Position numbers and translations under genes: made by a program
In this document: piece after piece, positions 37,153 to 48,804 of the stretch
Layout of the letters: every line of letters begins with the position of its first letter
How positions within the stretch are numbered: position 1 is the first letter of the stretch
Notes under the pieces: generated by a model
Database searches by the model: none
Told to the model about the DNA's origin: nothing
Seen by the model: only the letters and a program-made list of their open reading frames with translations
Source of the DNA: Candidatus Magasanikiibacteriota bacterium
GTDB taxonomy: Bacteria > Patescibacteriota > Patescibacteriia > Magasanikbacterales > GWA2-37-8
Length of the DNA stretch: 64,000 nucleotides
Reading direction: 5' to 3'
Assembly (NCBI GenBank): GCA_963840935.1
Contig: CAWJAS010000001.1
Span: 512,875-576,874, forward strand

Positions 37153-37374
37153 ATGGAGCACGAATCAATCGTAGTTCTCGCCAAAGCGATTATTATGGCG
37201 GTTTCAGGAATGGGCCCGGGTCTCGCCATTGGTATTTTGGTCGCCAGAGCGATGGAAGCAATCGGCAGAAATCCGGAAGCTAGCGGAAAAGTTTTTGTCC
37301 CAATGCTTTTGGGCGCGGCTTTTGCGGAGGCTATCGCCATTTACGCGTTGGTAGTCGTTTTTACGCTTAAATAA
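37153..37374 (+). CDS. atpE: F0F1 ATP synthase subunit c
   Basis: GIGPGLAIGI..ARAMEAIGRNPEA...AFAEAIAIYALVV hairpin proteolipid. Confidence 0.9.
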   Translation: MEHESIVVLAKAIIMAVSGMGPGLAIGILVARAMEAIGRNPEASGKVFVPMLLGAAFAEAIAIYALVVVFTLK

Positions 37375-37434
37375 TCTTTTAGGGCGAAACTGCGACGCAG
37401 GTTCGCTCAATAAATATTATTTAATATTCGATTT

Positions 37435-37992
37435 ATGAATTTTGTGCAAACAGCTTACGCCACATCACACGAAACGGCCGAGGTCGTCGTCGAACAAGGC
37501 TTGCTCGGCTCAATGGGTATTGATTTAAAAATGTTCATCCTTCAATTGGTAAACTTGGCCATTGTTTTTATTATTCTTTGGTTTTTGATATTAAAACCGC
37601 TGACTAAAAAAATGGCGGAACGTCAAAAAACAATCGACGAAAGTCTTGAAAATTCAAAAAAGATAGAGCAGATGCTCCAAAAATCCGAGGATGATTACAA
37701 AGACCAAATGCATACGGCAAAGACTGAGGCAAATCAAATTTTAGAAAAAGCAAAATTGGACGCCGAACTGACCGCGGAATCAATTAAAAAAAATACAAAA
37801 AACGATATTGACCAAATGGCGCTTACGGCCAAAAAAAACATAGATGATGAAAAACAAAAAATGGTCGCGAACTTTAAAAATGAGGCGGCTGATATTGTGG
37901 TACTCGCCCTTAAAAAAATCGTTTCCAACAATTTTGACACAAGCAAAGATAAAAAGGAGATTGATGACGCTCTTGAGATGATAAATAAATAA
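37435..37992 (+). CDS. atpF: F0F1 ATP synthase subunit b
   Basis: Single TM then long charged helix; operon position. Confidence 0.8.
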   Translation: MNFVQTAYATSHETAEVVVEQGLLGSMGIDLKMFILQLVNLAIVFIILWFLILKPLTKKMAERQKTIDESLENSKKIEQMLQKSEDDYKDQMHTAKTEANQILEKAKLDAELTAESIKKNTKNDIDQMALTAKKNIDDEKQKMVANFKNEAADIVVLALKKIVSNNFDTSKDKKEIDDALEMINK

Positions 37993-37995
37993 ATT

Positions 37996-38385
37996 ATGAA
38001 AAAAAATAGCGTCAAACAATACGCCGTGGCTTTGCACCAAGCGCTCGGCCTGGTAAAAAAAGAAAGCGACACCAGCGCTATTTTAAAAAATTTTAGCGCT
38101 TTGTTGGCCCGTGAAAAATTGTTAAAAAAATCACCGGCTATAATCAAAGAATTCGTCAAATATTCCAATGAAAAAGAGGGTATCGAAAGCGTAGAGGTCA
38201 AATCCGCTCGTCCGCTTGATAAAAAATCCATTGAAGCGATAAAAAAATATTTTGGCAACAAAATTATTTTGACCGAAAAAATCGACACGGAACTTATCGG
38301 TGGAGCGGTAATTAAAACAAAAGATTATATTATTGACGGCAGTATTCTAAAACATATTAATAATTTAAAACAACAGTTAATATAA
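37996..38385 (+). CDS. atpH: F0F1 ATP synthase subunit delta (short form)
   Basis: C-terminal ELIGGAVIKTKDYIIDGSI OSCP-like signature; operon position. Confidence 0.7.
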   Translation: MKKNSVKQYAVALHQALGLVKKESDTSAILKNFSALLAREKLLKKSPAIIKEFVKYSNEKEGIESVEVKSARPLDKKSIEAIKKYFGNKIILTEKIDTELIGGAVIKTKDYIIDGSILKHINNLKQQLI

Positions 38386-38391
38386 ATCACT

Positions 38392-39888
38392 ATGTCCATA
38401 AACAGTATTTTGGAAGAATTAAAAAAGAATATATCTTCTTTTGAAAAAAAAGTGGAAACCGAAGAGGTTGGCGAAATAATTGACGTGGGCGATAACATAG
38501 CGCACATCAGCGGGCTGAGAAATTGCCAATCAAGTGAGATGCTTGAGTTCCCGGGTAACTCATTCGGAGTGGCGCTTAACCTTGAAGACGAGACCATCGG
38601 CGCGGTTCTTCTTGGCGAGTCAAAACACTTGAAAGAAGGGGATACTGTGAAAAGAACCGGAAGAATATTGTCTGTTCCGGTGGGCGAGGAATTAATTGGC
38701 CGTGTGGTTAACCCTCTTGGTTCGGCAATTGACGGAGGAAGTGAAATAAATACAAAAACTTTTTATCCGATTGAAAAAATCGCGCCGGGCGTCATGACAA
38801 GAGAACCGGTGGCTGAACCATTGCAAACCGGCATCAAAGCTATTGATTCAATGATTCCGATTGGACGCGGTCAACGCGAATTAATTATCGGAGACAGACA
38901 AACCGGTAAAACGGCCGTGGCAATTGACACTATCATAAACCAAAAAGGCAAAAACATGATTTGTGTTTATGTGGCAATCGGCCAAAAAGAATCAAAAATC
39001 GCAAGAATTGTCACCAAACTCAAAGAATCGGGAGCAATGGACTATACAATCGTTGTTGTGGCCGGCGCCTCGGACCCCGCTTCGACCTTATATTTGGCTC
39101 CATACGCCGGAGTGGCGATGGCCGAGTATTTTATGGACAAGGGCAAAGACGTGCTTTGCGTTTACGACGATTTATCAAAACAAGCTTGGGCTTACAGAGA
39201 AATATCACTATTATTACGACGCCCGCCGGGAAGAGAAGCTTATCCGGGCGATGTTTTTTATCTTCACTCAAGATTGCTTGAACGAGCTTGTCGCAGAAAT
39301 AAAGAAGCCGGCGGAGGTTCAATTACCGCTCTGCCTATCATAGAAACTCAATCCGGCGATGTAACGGCCTACATTCCAACCAATGTTATTTCGATTACCG
39401 ACGGCCAAATTTATCTTGAATCTGATTTATTTTACCGTGGAATCAGACCGGCTTTAAACGTCGGCTTGTCGGTATCGCGCGTCGGTTCGGCGGCGCAAAT
39501 AAAACCAATGAAAAAAGTGGCCGGTAAATTAAAATTATCAATGGCGCAATTCAGAGAGTTAGAAGCTTTTGCGCAATTCGCCAGTGATTTGGACCCGGAA
39601 ACGAAAAAACAAATAAATTTGGGTCAAAGATTGGTTGAAATATTAAAACAACCGCAATACACCCCAATGTCCGTTGCCAATCAAGTGGCTATAATTTATG
39701 CAGTATCGAACGGGTACGCAGAAAATATCGACGTTAAAAACATTGACCGTTGGGAAACAAAATTTCATCAATTCATCAATAATTCAAAATCTTTATTGCT
39801 CGAAAAAATTGAAGGTGGCGATTGGAATGAAGAAATAGAAAATGAATTAAAATCTGCTTGCGAAGAATTCGCACAAATGGCGGAATAA
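38392..39888 (+). CDS. atpA: F0F1 ATP synthase subunit alpha
   Basis: GDRQTGKT Walker A, full-length alpha. Confidence 0.95.
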   Translation: MSINSILEELKKNISSFEKKVETEEVGEIIDVGDNIAHISGLRNCQSSEMLEFPGNSFGVALNLEDETIGAVLLGESKHLKEGDTVKRTGRILSVPVGEELIGRVVNPLGSAIDGGSEINTKTFYPIEKIAPGVMTREPVAEPLQTGIKAIDSMIPIGRGQRELIIGDRQTGKTAVAIDTIINQKGKNMICVYVAIGQKESKIARIVTKLKESGAMDYTIVVVAGASDPASTLYLAPYAGVAMAEYFMDKGKDVLCVYDDLSKQAWAYREISLLLRRPPGREAYPGDVFYLHSRLLERACRRNKEAGGGSITALPIIETQSGDVTAYIPTNVISITDGQIYLESDLFYRGIRPALNVGLSVSRVGSAAQIKPMKKVAGKLKLSMAQFRELEAFAQFASDLDPETKKQINLGQRLVEILKQPQYTPMSVANQVAIIYAVSNGYAENIDVKNIDRWETKFHQFINNSKSLLLEKIEGGDWNEEIENELKSACEEFAQMAE

Positions 39889-39894
39889 TCAACT

Positions 39895-40794
39895 ATGGCT
39901 TTAAACACAAAAATAATTAAGCGCAGAATCAAATCCGTTGGTTCAACAAAGAAAATCACCAAAGCGATGGAGATGATTTCTGCGGTCAAAATGAGGCGCG
40001 CTGTGGCCAATGTTTTGGCTACTCGAAACTACGCCTCGCTAGCCTGGCAAATGCTTGTTGATGTGGCCGGAAAAACAAACGTCAATTTGCACCCACTGCT
40101 CGTCAAAAGACCAATTTCAAAAATTGCGCTAATTTTAATCGCTTCAAACCGTGGTTTGGCCGGCGGTTTTAATAGCAGGGTTTTAATGGAAGCAAACTCA
40201 TTTTTAAAAAAATTTCAAGACACGGCGCAAAACATTGATATATTTATTAACGGAAAAAAAGCCAGAAAAATATATCATCAATTTGGATATAATATTGCCG
40301 CAGAATTCGAAAAATTGGATTTAACTCTTAACATTAATGAAATATATCCGATTTCAAAAATGATAATTTCCGATTACAATGAAAACAAATACGACGCCGT
40401 ATTTTTATGCTACACCGATTACATATCAGCGATAAAACAAATTCCGAAAATTAAAAAACTATTACCGCTTGGGCAGGAACCGGATTCAACGCTCGGGGGG
40501 ATCGGGGAATCGGAAGCAACCAAATTAAAAAAAGATGAAATTGAATTTTTATTTGAACCGAACCCGGTTGAAGTACTAGACACTTTACTGCCCAAATTAA
40601 TTGAAATGCAAATTTATCAAGCGGCTCTTGAATCCGATGCTTCAGAACACAGCGCGAGAATGATGGCAATGCGAAACGCTTCCGATGCCGCCGAAGAAAT
40701 GATTAACGAATTAAATTATAATTTTAATAAAGCCCGCCAAGCTGCGATTACGCAAGAAATTTCCGAGATCGTAAGTGGCGCCGCGGCCTTATGA
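39895..40794 (+). CDS. atpG: F0F1 ATP synthase subunit gamma
   Basis: IKRRIKSVGSTKKITKAMEMISAVKMRRA N-terminus, C-terminal ITQEISEIV. Confidence 0.9.
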   Translation: MALNTKIIKRRIKSVGSTKKITKAMEMISAVKMRRAVANVLATRNYASLAWQMLVDVAGKTNVNLHPLLVKRPISKIALILIASNRGLAGGFNSRVLMEANSFLKKFQDTAQNIDIFINGKKARKIYHQFGYNIAAEFEKLDLTLNINEIYPISKMIISDYNENKYDAVFLCYTDYISAIKQIPKIKKLLPLGQEPDSTLGGIGESEATKLKKDEIEFLFEPNPVEVLDTLLPKLIEMQIYQAALESDASEHSARMMAMRNASDAAEEMINELNYNFNKARQAAITQEISEIVSGAAAL

Positions 40795-40797
40795 TAA

Positions 40798-42183
<1,386 letters not shown>

Positions 42184-42197
42184 AAATCCTCGTAAAT

Positions 42198-42635
42198 ATG
42201 CAAAAAAAAATAAAATTTCAAATCATAACCCCCGAACGAGTTGTATTTGCCGATGAAATCGACCAAGTTTCAGTTATGACAAAGGATGGTGAAATAACAA
42301 TTCTACCGAACCATTTGCCGATTATATCTGTTTTACAAATTGGCGAATTAAGATGTAAAAAAGATGAAAAAGAATATTCAATGGCCGTAACCGGAGGGTT
42401 TGTTGAAGTTAAACCCGACAGTTCGGTTGTCATCTTGGCTGATGTGGCAGAAAAAGCAGAAGAAATTAATATTGAAGAAGCCGAGCTAGCCAGAAAAAAA
42501 GCTTTAGAAACAATGAAAGAACAAAGGACAATGGACAGCCTGGAATACGCAGCTCTTCAAGCGACACTTAACAAAGCGCTTATGCGCCTAAAAGTAGGGA
42601 ATAAATACAAAAATATTAAACCGGGCATCAGATAA
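42198..42635 (+). CDS. atpC: F0F1 ATP synthase subunit epsilon
   Basis: Operon position, beta-sandwich + helical hairpin length. Confidence 0.8.
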   Translation: MQKKIKFQIITPERVVFADEIDQVSVMTKDGEITILPNHLPIISVLQIGELRCKKDEKEYSMAVTGGFVEVKPDSSVVILADVAEKAEEINIEEAELARKKALETMKEQRTMDSLEYAALQATLNKALMRLKVGNKYKNIKPGIR

Positions 42636-42668
42636 ATGAAAGTTAAATTACAAAATAAAACGATTAAT

Positions 42669-42694
42669 AAATACCGCCTTGTGCGGTATTTTTG
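42669..42694 (+). terminator. rho-independent terminator after atp operon
   Basis: aataccgc-cttgt-gcggtatt + tttg. Confidence 0.6.
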
Positions 42695-42718
42695 TATTTG
42701 TTATACTACCGCACACAC

Positions 42719-45667
42719 ATGATAAAAACAGTTTCAAAGCTAAATTCCGCCCAAAAACAGGCCGTTGAACATATTCAAGGGCCTTTGATTATTGTTGCCG
42801 GAGCAGGTACCGGAAAAACTACGGTTATCACCCAAAAAATCAAATTTTTAATTGACAACAAATTAGCCGAGCCGGAAGAAATTTTGGCTTTGACTTTTAA
42901 TGAAAAGGCCGCGGCCGAAATGCAAAACCGCATAGATGAAACAATAGAAATCGGATATTTAAATACGAACATACACACTTTTCACGCTTTTTGCGAGCGT
43001 CTTTTGGAAAGACACGCAATTGATATCGGTTTGCCGGCGCATTTTAAAATGCTTAGCCCCTCCGACGCTTGGATCTTAATCAGAAAACATTTGGATAAAT
43101 TCGAGCTTGATTATTACCGTCCGATTGGAAACCCGACAAAAAATATACACGAATTGATTAAGCATTTTTCCAAGTGCAAAGACGAAATGATTAGCCCTGA
43201 TGATTATTTGGAATACGCGGAAAATATTCAATTGAACAAAGACAGCGCGCAGATTGAAGAAAAAAGCAGGCTTACGGAAATCAGCCGAGCTTATCACGCA
43301 TACAATCAATTACTGCTAAAAAATTCTTGCTTGGATTTTGGCGACCTTATATATTACGCCAACATTTTGTTGTCAAAACGTCCAAATATATTAAAAGAAA
43401 TCCATGAACAATTCAAATATATTTTGGTTGATGAATTTCAAGATGTAAATTGGTCACAATATGAACTGATTAAAAAATTAACCGGTGAATCCACGCAATT
43501 AACTGTTGTGGGCGATGACGACCAAAGTATTTATGCGTTTAGAGGCGCTTCGGTGTCAAATATATTAAAATTCAAAGTAGATTATCCTAATGCCACCGAA
43601 ATTATTCTCACGGAAAATTATCGGTCAGGCCAACAAATTTTAGACAAAGCATATGAACTAATTCAAAATAACAATCCCGACCGTTTGGAAATCAAATTAA
43701 ATATTAACAAAAAATTAAACAGTAACTCCCGTGAAAAAGGCAACGTTATTCACTCTTATGCAAACAACATGGAGGAAGAGGCCAATTTTGTCGGCGAAGA
43801 AATCATTAAAATCAAAGAAGCAAATCCCGATACTTTATGGGATGATTTTGCGATTTTAATCAGAGCGAACAGTCATGCCGACGCATTTATGTCCAAATTG
43901 GAACAGATGAGAATTCCCTATGAATTTTTGGCTTCCGCGGGGCTTTATCGCCAACCAATCGTTCTTGATTGTATTAATTATTTCAAGGTCATTGATAATT
44001 ACCACGAATCGGCGTCAATTTACAGATTGTTAAGAATGCCACCTGTTGGTTTAGACGAAAACGATATTCAAAAAATACTATTTTTTGCCAAAAAAATTAA
44101 ATCGATTTCTTATTATGAAGCGTTAAACCGCAGAGCGGAAATTGATTTATCAGATGAGGGAAAAATAAAAATTGATAAATTGTTTTCTGCCTTGAAAGAA
44201 GGAATAAACGGCGCAAAAAATAACAAACCCACGGCCTTGTTATATAAATTTCTGGAATCGAGCGGTTATTTAAAATATCTTCTTGAGGGGGAAACCTGCG
44301 GAGAGAAAAATACTATCAGGCAAATTTTTCAACTAAGCCAATTTTTTGAATACATTGCCAACTATGAAAAAATAACTCCCGACCCGGCGGTTGCCGATTT
44401 TATGGATCACTTTTCGCAAATTTTAGAATCCGGAGATTTGGGAATAATTAAACAACCGGAAGATACTCCCGACTCAGTAAATATATTAACCGTGCACACG
44501 GCAAAAGGGCTTGAATATAAATATGTTTTTATGGTTAATTTGGTTGAGGAAAGATTTCCAACCAGACGGAGAGGGGAGATGATTGAAATGCCGGTTGAAT
44601 TAATCAAAGAGCAATTACCCGAAGGAGACAGTCATGAGCAAGAAGAACGGCGTTTGTTTTATGTGGCGATGACGCGCGCCAAAGAGCGACTATATTTGGT
44701 GAGTGCCGATAATTACGGGGGAGCCAGAACAAAAAAAATCAGTCGTTTCTTGGCGGAAATTGGATACAACGCCACGAGTACAGAAAATAAAGAAACAAAA
44801 TCAAAATTATCAAATTTTGACAATTCTTTGCGCAAGCAAAATGACAATTCGGATTTTAAATACGAAATTCCAAATTATTTTTCTTTTACGGACTTGCAAA
44901 CATATAATTCCTGCCCATACAAATATAAACTTGGAAGAATTTTAAAATTGCCGACACAAGGAAGTCCAAGTATGACATTCGGTTCGGTCATGCATGCAAC
45001 GCTTGAAGAATTTTATAAATTGCTCATGGAGATTAATTCGATAAAGCAAAACGCGCTATTTAATGAACCGACCGAGCCGAATACAGGTAGCAAAATAAAA
45101 GCGCCCCCGATTGAAAAACTATATGAGTTATTTGACGCTTTTTGGCGCTCTGATTCCTATTTGGATACAAGGCAGAGAGAAGATTTTTATCAAAAAGGAA
45201 AAAATATACTGGCCGATTTTTATAAAAAAAATAATAATAGCGGATGGACAATGCCGGTCGCTCTAGAAACAAAATTTTCCGTTAAAATTGGTGATGGGAT
45301 AATTACCGGAAGAATAGACCGTGTTGATATGTCTGCCCCCGGCAAATTGGAAATTATTGATTACAAAACCGGCAAAAGCAAAGACAAGCTTGATAGCGAA
45401 AGCAAGGAACAATTATTGATTTACCAAATTGTTCTCGAACAGCTTCCTCAATTCAAAGCCATTGGAAACTGTGAAAAACTAACTTATTATTATTTAGACG
45501 ATAATTCCAAATTGTCTTTTCTTGGAAATGAAAAAGATGTCGAAAAAATGAATGATAAAATTTCCGAGGCGATAAAAAATATTCGCAAAGGCGATTTTCC
45601 GCCAAAACCCGAAAAATATTATTGCGGACACTGTGATTTCCGCGATATCTGTGATTATCGACAATAA
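42719..45667 (+). CDS. UvrD/PcrA-family helicase fused to C-terminal PD-(D/E)XK (RecB/Cas4-like, Cys4) nuclease domain
   Basis: Walker A AGAGTGKTT, DEFQDVN, VGDDDQSIYAFRGA helicase motifs; C-terminal CPYKYK, EIIDYKTGK, CGHCDFRDICD; atg 42719 (MIKTV) preferred. Confidence 0.8.
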   Translation: MIKTVSKLNSAQKQAVEHIQGPLIIVAGAGTGKTTVITQKIKFLIDNKLAEPEEILALTFNEKAAAEMQNRIDETIEIGYLNTNIHTFHAFCERLLERHAIDIGLPAHFKMLSPSDAWILIRKHLDKFELDYYRPIGNPTKNIHELIKHFSKCKDEMISPDDYLEYAENIQLNKDSAQIEEKSRLTEISRAYHAYNQLLLKNSCLDFGDLIYYANILLSKRPNILKEIHEQFKYILVDEFQDVNWSQYELIKKLTGESTQLTVVGDDDQSIYAFRGASVSNILKFKVDYPNATEIILTENYRSGQQILDKAYELIQNNNPDRLEIKLNINKKLNSNSREKGNVIHSYANNMEEEANFVGEEIIKIKEANPDTLWDDFAILIRANSHADAFMSKLEQMRIPYEFLASAGLYRQPIVLDCINYFKVIDNYHESASIYRLLRMPPVGLDENDIQKILFFAKKIKSISYYEALNRRAEIDLSDEGKIKIDKLFSALKEGINGAKNNKPTALLYKFLESSGYLKYLLEGETCGEKNTIRQIFQLSQFFEYIANYEKITPDPAVADFMDHFSQILESGDLGIIKQPEDTPDSVNILTVHTAKGLEYKYVFMVNLVEERFPTRRRGEMIEMPVELIKEQLPEGDSHEQEERRLFYVAMTRAKERLYLVSADNYGGARTKKISRFLAEIGYNATSTENKETKSKLSNFDNSLRKQNDNSDFKYEIPNYFSFTDLQTYNSCPYKYKLGRILKLPTQGSPSMTFGSVMHATLEEFYKLLMEINSIKQNALFNEPTEPNTGSKIKAPPIEKLYELFDAFWRSDSYLDTRQREDFYQKGKNILADFYKKNNNSGWTMPVALETKFSVKIGDGIITGRIDRVDMSAPGKLEIIDYKTGKSKDKLDSESKEQLLIYQIVLEQLPQFKAIGNCEKLTYYYLDDNSKLSFLGNEKDVEKMNDKISEAIKNIRKGDFPPKPEKYYCGHCDFRDICDYRQ

Positions 45668-45673
45668 AATAAT

Positions 45674-45964
45674 ATGAAATCATTGTTAAATTTATTAAAA
45701 TCCAGAAAAAACGAATCGACAGTTATGAGGGGGGCGCATGCAGCGCTCACTGTTGAGTCGGCTAATAAAATAATCCAAGATATATTCGGCCCTGACAGCG
45801 CCAAATATATTGAGGTGATATATTACAAAAACGGGATTCTCGGTGTGCGCTGTAACGGGTCAAGCGCTAATCTGGAGGTAAAAATGCACGAAAATGAAAT
45901 TTTGGCTAAAATTAAACAAGAATTTGAAGGAATAAACCTGCAAAAAATAAAAATTATTTTCTAA
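45674..45964 (+). CDS. DUF721-like (DciA-type) small protein
   Basis: Pattern GILGVRCNGSSANLEVKMHENEILAKIKQEFEGINLQKIKI resembles DUF721 core. Confidence 0.35.
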   Translation: MKSLLNLLKSRKNESTVMRGAHAALTVESANKIIQDIFGPDSAKYIEVIYYKNGILGVRCNGSSANLEVKMHENEILAKIKQEFEGINLQKIKIIF

Positions 45965-46013
45965 TACTCAGCTTGCCAAAACCATAAACATTTGCTAAAA
46001 TAAAGCAAAACTT

Positions 46014-46415
46014 ATGACTTTGAAGCAATATTTGTTAATAATGAGCTTAGCCACATTAATCTGTTGGCTTGTTTGGGTAATGATAATTTTTGCTTATGAC
46101 CCGAATACCGCTGGTATAATTGGATTTATTTTTTTCTATGTCAGTCTGTATTTGTCCATTCTTGGAACTTTTTCTATTATTGTTTTTTTAATCAGGTCAA
46201 AAATCACAAAAAACGACGAAATTATTTTTCGACACATAAAAAGAACATTCAGACAGGGAATTTTCTTTGCCTGCTTGGTAATCGCAATTTTATTATTAGC
46301 GCAATTCAAACTATTAAATTGGTGGACCTTCGCCCTACTGTTTACTTGCTATGTTTTTTTGGAAAGTTTAATTTTCACCAGCAGAAAATATCAAAACAGA
46401 AATTATGTTAAATAA
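46014..46415 (+). CDS. hypothetical membrane protein (3-4 TM)
   Basis: Hydrophobic segments; upstream of mreB. Confidence 0.4.
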   Translation: MTLKQYLLIMSLATLICWLVWVMIIFAYDPNTAGIIGFIFFYVSLYLSILGTFSIIVFLIRSKITKNDEIIFRHIKRTFRQGIFFACLVIAILLLAQFKLLNWWTFALLFTCYVFLESLIFTSRKYQNRNYVK

Positions 46416-47457
46416 TATATTCAATAAATTCAGAAAAGATTTGGGCATTGACCTTGGGACGGCCAATACTTTAATTTATGTTAAAGGAAAGGGGATAATT
46501 ATAAACGAACCAAGCGTGGTTTCGATAAATTCTCGAACCGAACAAATTCTTGCCGTCGGGAATGAAGCCAAAGAAATGCTTGGCAAAACTCCCCCGCATA
46601 TTATTACAACACGGCCGTTATCCGGTGGCATTATTTCTGATTTTGAAGTGACCGAAAAAATGTTAAAACATTTTATCGATAAAATCAGCGAGGGAACCTT
46701 TTCTTTTATGGCCAGACCGAGAGTTGTTGTTGGCGCGCCGATTGATATTACCGAAGTCGAAAGAAAAGCCGTAAGCGATGCCGTGCTGAATGCCGGAGCG
46801 AGCGAAGTATGGATTGTTGAAGAGCCCATGTCCGCGGCAATCGGTTCAAGAATGCCAATACAAGAACCGATAGGCAATTTTATAGTTGACATTGGAGGCG
46901 GTACTACGGAAATTGCCGTCATCTCACTAAGTGGAATAGTCAAGTGGAAATCCATAAAAATCGCCGGCGACGAATTAAATTACAACATTTCACAATACGC
47001 CCGTGAAACTTTTAATCTTTTGGTGGGCGAACGACAAGCGGAAGAAATCAAAATTAAAATTGGTTCGGCCGTAGAAATGTCCGAAAAAATGGTTTACCCG
47101 ATGAGAGGACGCGATATGGTAACCGGCCTTCCCAAAGAAGTAATGATAAGCGACAGTGAAGTAAGAGAGGCCATTTCCAAATCTCTTCGAGCGATTGTGG
47201 ATAATATCAAAGCGACCCTTGAAGTCACTCCGCCGGAATTAGTGGCCGACATTCATGAAAGAGGACTGCTTTTAACCGGAGGAGGCGCTCTTTTGCGCGG
47301 AATTGACCACTTAATTATGAGAGCGACTCAAATTCCCGTGCGCATAGCGGACGACCCCTTAACCGCAGTGGCCAGAGGCGCCTCAATTTTACTTGATGAC
47401 CGCGAGCTTTTGCGCGAGGTCGCCGTTTTTCCGGCCAGAAATGACCGGCATAATTAA
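46405..47457 (+). CDS. mreB: rod shape-determining actin homolog MreB
   Basis: DLGTANTLIYVKGKGII, DIGGGTTEIAV actin-fold motifs. Confidence 0.95.
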   Translation: MLNNIFNKFRKDLGIDLGTANTLIYVKGKGIIINEPSVVSINSRTEQILAVGNEAKEMLGKTPPHIITTRPLSGGIISDFEVTEKMLKHFIDKISEGTFSFMARPRVVVGAPIDITEVERKAVSDAVLNAGASEVWIVEEPMSAAIGSRMPIQEPIGNFIVDIGGGTTEIAVISLSGIVKWKSIKIAGDELNYNISQYARETFNLLVGERQAEEIKIKIGSAVEMSEKMVYPMRGRDMVTGLPKEVMISDSEVREAISKSLRAIVDNIKATLEVTPPELVADIHERGLLLTGGGALLRGIDHLIMRATQIPVRIADDPLTAVARGASILLDDRELLREVAVFPARNDRHN

Positions 47458-47460
47458 TAT

Positions 47461-48273
47461 ATGAAAATACAATTTCTCAAAAAAACCTACGTGGTCATAG
47501 GAGCAATACTTGTATTGCTCGTTTTTTTAAACTATTTCGGCTTTCTCGATTATTTTAAATATAATATAAGAAATTTATTTGAACCGATATTCGGAAAAGT
47601 AAACAGCATAAGCATTATGGCCGGCGATAATTATGAATTTTTTAAGGATCGAGAAAGTTTTTTTTCATCATATCGAGAGTGTCGCTCTTCTTTGGAGGAA
47701 ATGGCTGTGTTACAGGCAAATATAAAAATTCTTACGGAAGAAAACGCTCTTTTAAAAAAAACCATAAATTTTGTTGAACAAAAAGAATTTTCTCCAATTA
47801 CAGCCCGAGTTATTGGCCAGAATGTGGAAAAAACCGACCAAACAATTCTAATTAACGTCGGACTGGAAAATAACGTAAATATCGACCAACCGGTAATTGA
47901 GGGTAGTGGTATTTTGGTCGGAAAAATCGTTAAGTCAGAAAAAGGCTTATCAGTCGTTCGATTGTTAAACGATAATCAATCAAAAATCGCGGCAACGGTA
48001 TTGAACAATGATAAAAGTTTGGGAATAGTCGAAGGCGGTTATGGATTAAGCATTAAGATGAATTTTATTCCTCGCAACGAAATAGTTCGCATAGGTGATA
48101 TTATCGTCACTTCCGGTTTGGAAGACAATATACCAAGAGGACTTGTTATAGGCACTGTTTCAGCGATAGAAAATGAAACATACAGACCTTTTCAATCAGC
48201 TATTCTTACTCCGGCAACTGATTTATCAAAACTATATTTGATTACTGTATTAACGAATAATCAAAATGATTAA
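47461..48273 (+). CDS. mreC: rod shape-determining protein MreC
   Basis: N-terminal TM, coiled coil, beta domains; follows mreB. Confidence 0.75.
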   Translation: MKIQFLKKTYVVIGAILVLLVFLNYFGFLDYFKYNIRNLFEPIFGKVNSISIMAGDNYEFFKDRESFFSSYRECRSSLEEMAVLQANIKILTEENALLKKTINFVEQKEFSPITARVIGQNVEKTDQTILINVGLENNVNIDQPVIEGSGILVGKIVKSEKGLSVVRLLNDNQSKIAATVLNNDKSLGIVEGGYGLSIKMNFIPRNEIVRIGDIIVTSGLEDNIPRGLVIGTVSAIENETYRPFQSAILTPATDLSKLYLITVLTNNQND

Positions 48274-48802
48274 AAAGAATATTATCACAAATATATCTTT
48301 GTTTATTTTGGCTTTGGTTTTGTTTGTTTTACATATAATTATTTCCAACTTATTTCCGGAGCCATGGAACAGATTAAATGTAATATTTATTTCGGCAATG
48401 TGCGCGCTTTTATTCCAAAAAAAAACAAAATTTATTTGGCATATTTTTATTTTAGCTCTCATTACCGAGCTTTTTCTGGCCTCGCCTTTTGGACTTGCGA
48501 CAGGTACATTATTTATCGCGATCGCCGTGATGGATTGGATACTTTTAAACTTACTGACCAATCGTTTTTTTCTTATTATTTTTATTGCCGGATTTTTGGG
48601 AATGCTTATTTATAGACTTTCGTATTTGATTTTATACACGGCACTTCATTATATTGCCGGCCTGTCTTTTTCCGTAAGCCGAGCCGTTATATATGATTTT
48701 TTTATCGAGGCTCTGATCAACGCTTTGGTTCTAACATTTATATTTTTACTTTCTACATTAATGATTAAAAAATTCAATCCTAAATATTTAATCGACCGTT
48801 AA
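48266..48802 (+). CDS. mreD: rod shape-determining protein MreD (membrane)
   Basis: Polytopic membrane protein immediately after mreC and before PBP2. Confidence 0.55.
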   Translation: MIKKNIITNISLFILALVLFVLHIIISNLFPEPWNRLNVIFISAMCALLFQKKTKFIWHIFILALITELFLASPFGLATGTLFIAIAVMDWILLNLLTNRFFLIIFIAGFLGMLIYRLSYLILYTALHYIAGLSFSVSRAVIYDFFIEALINALVLTFIFLLSTLMIKKFNPKYLIDR

Positions 48803-48804
48803 CC

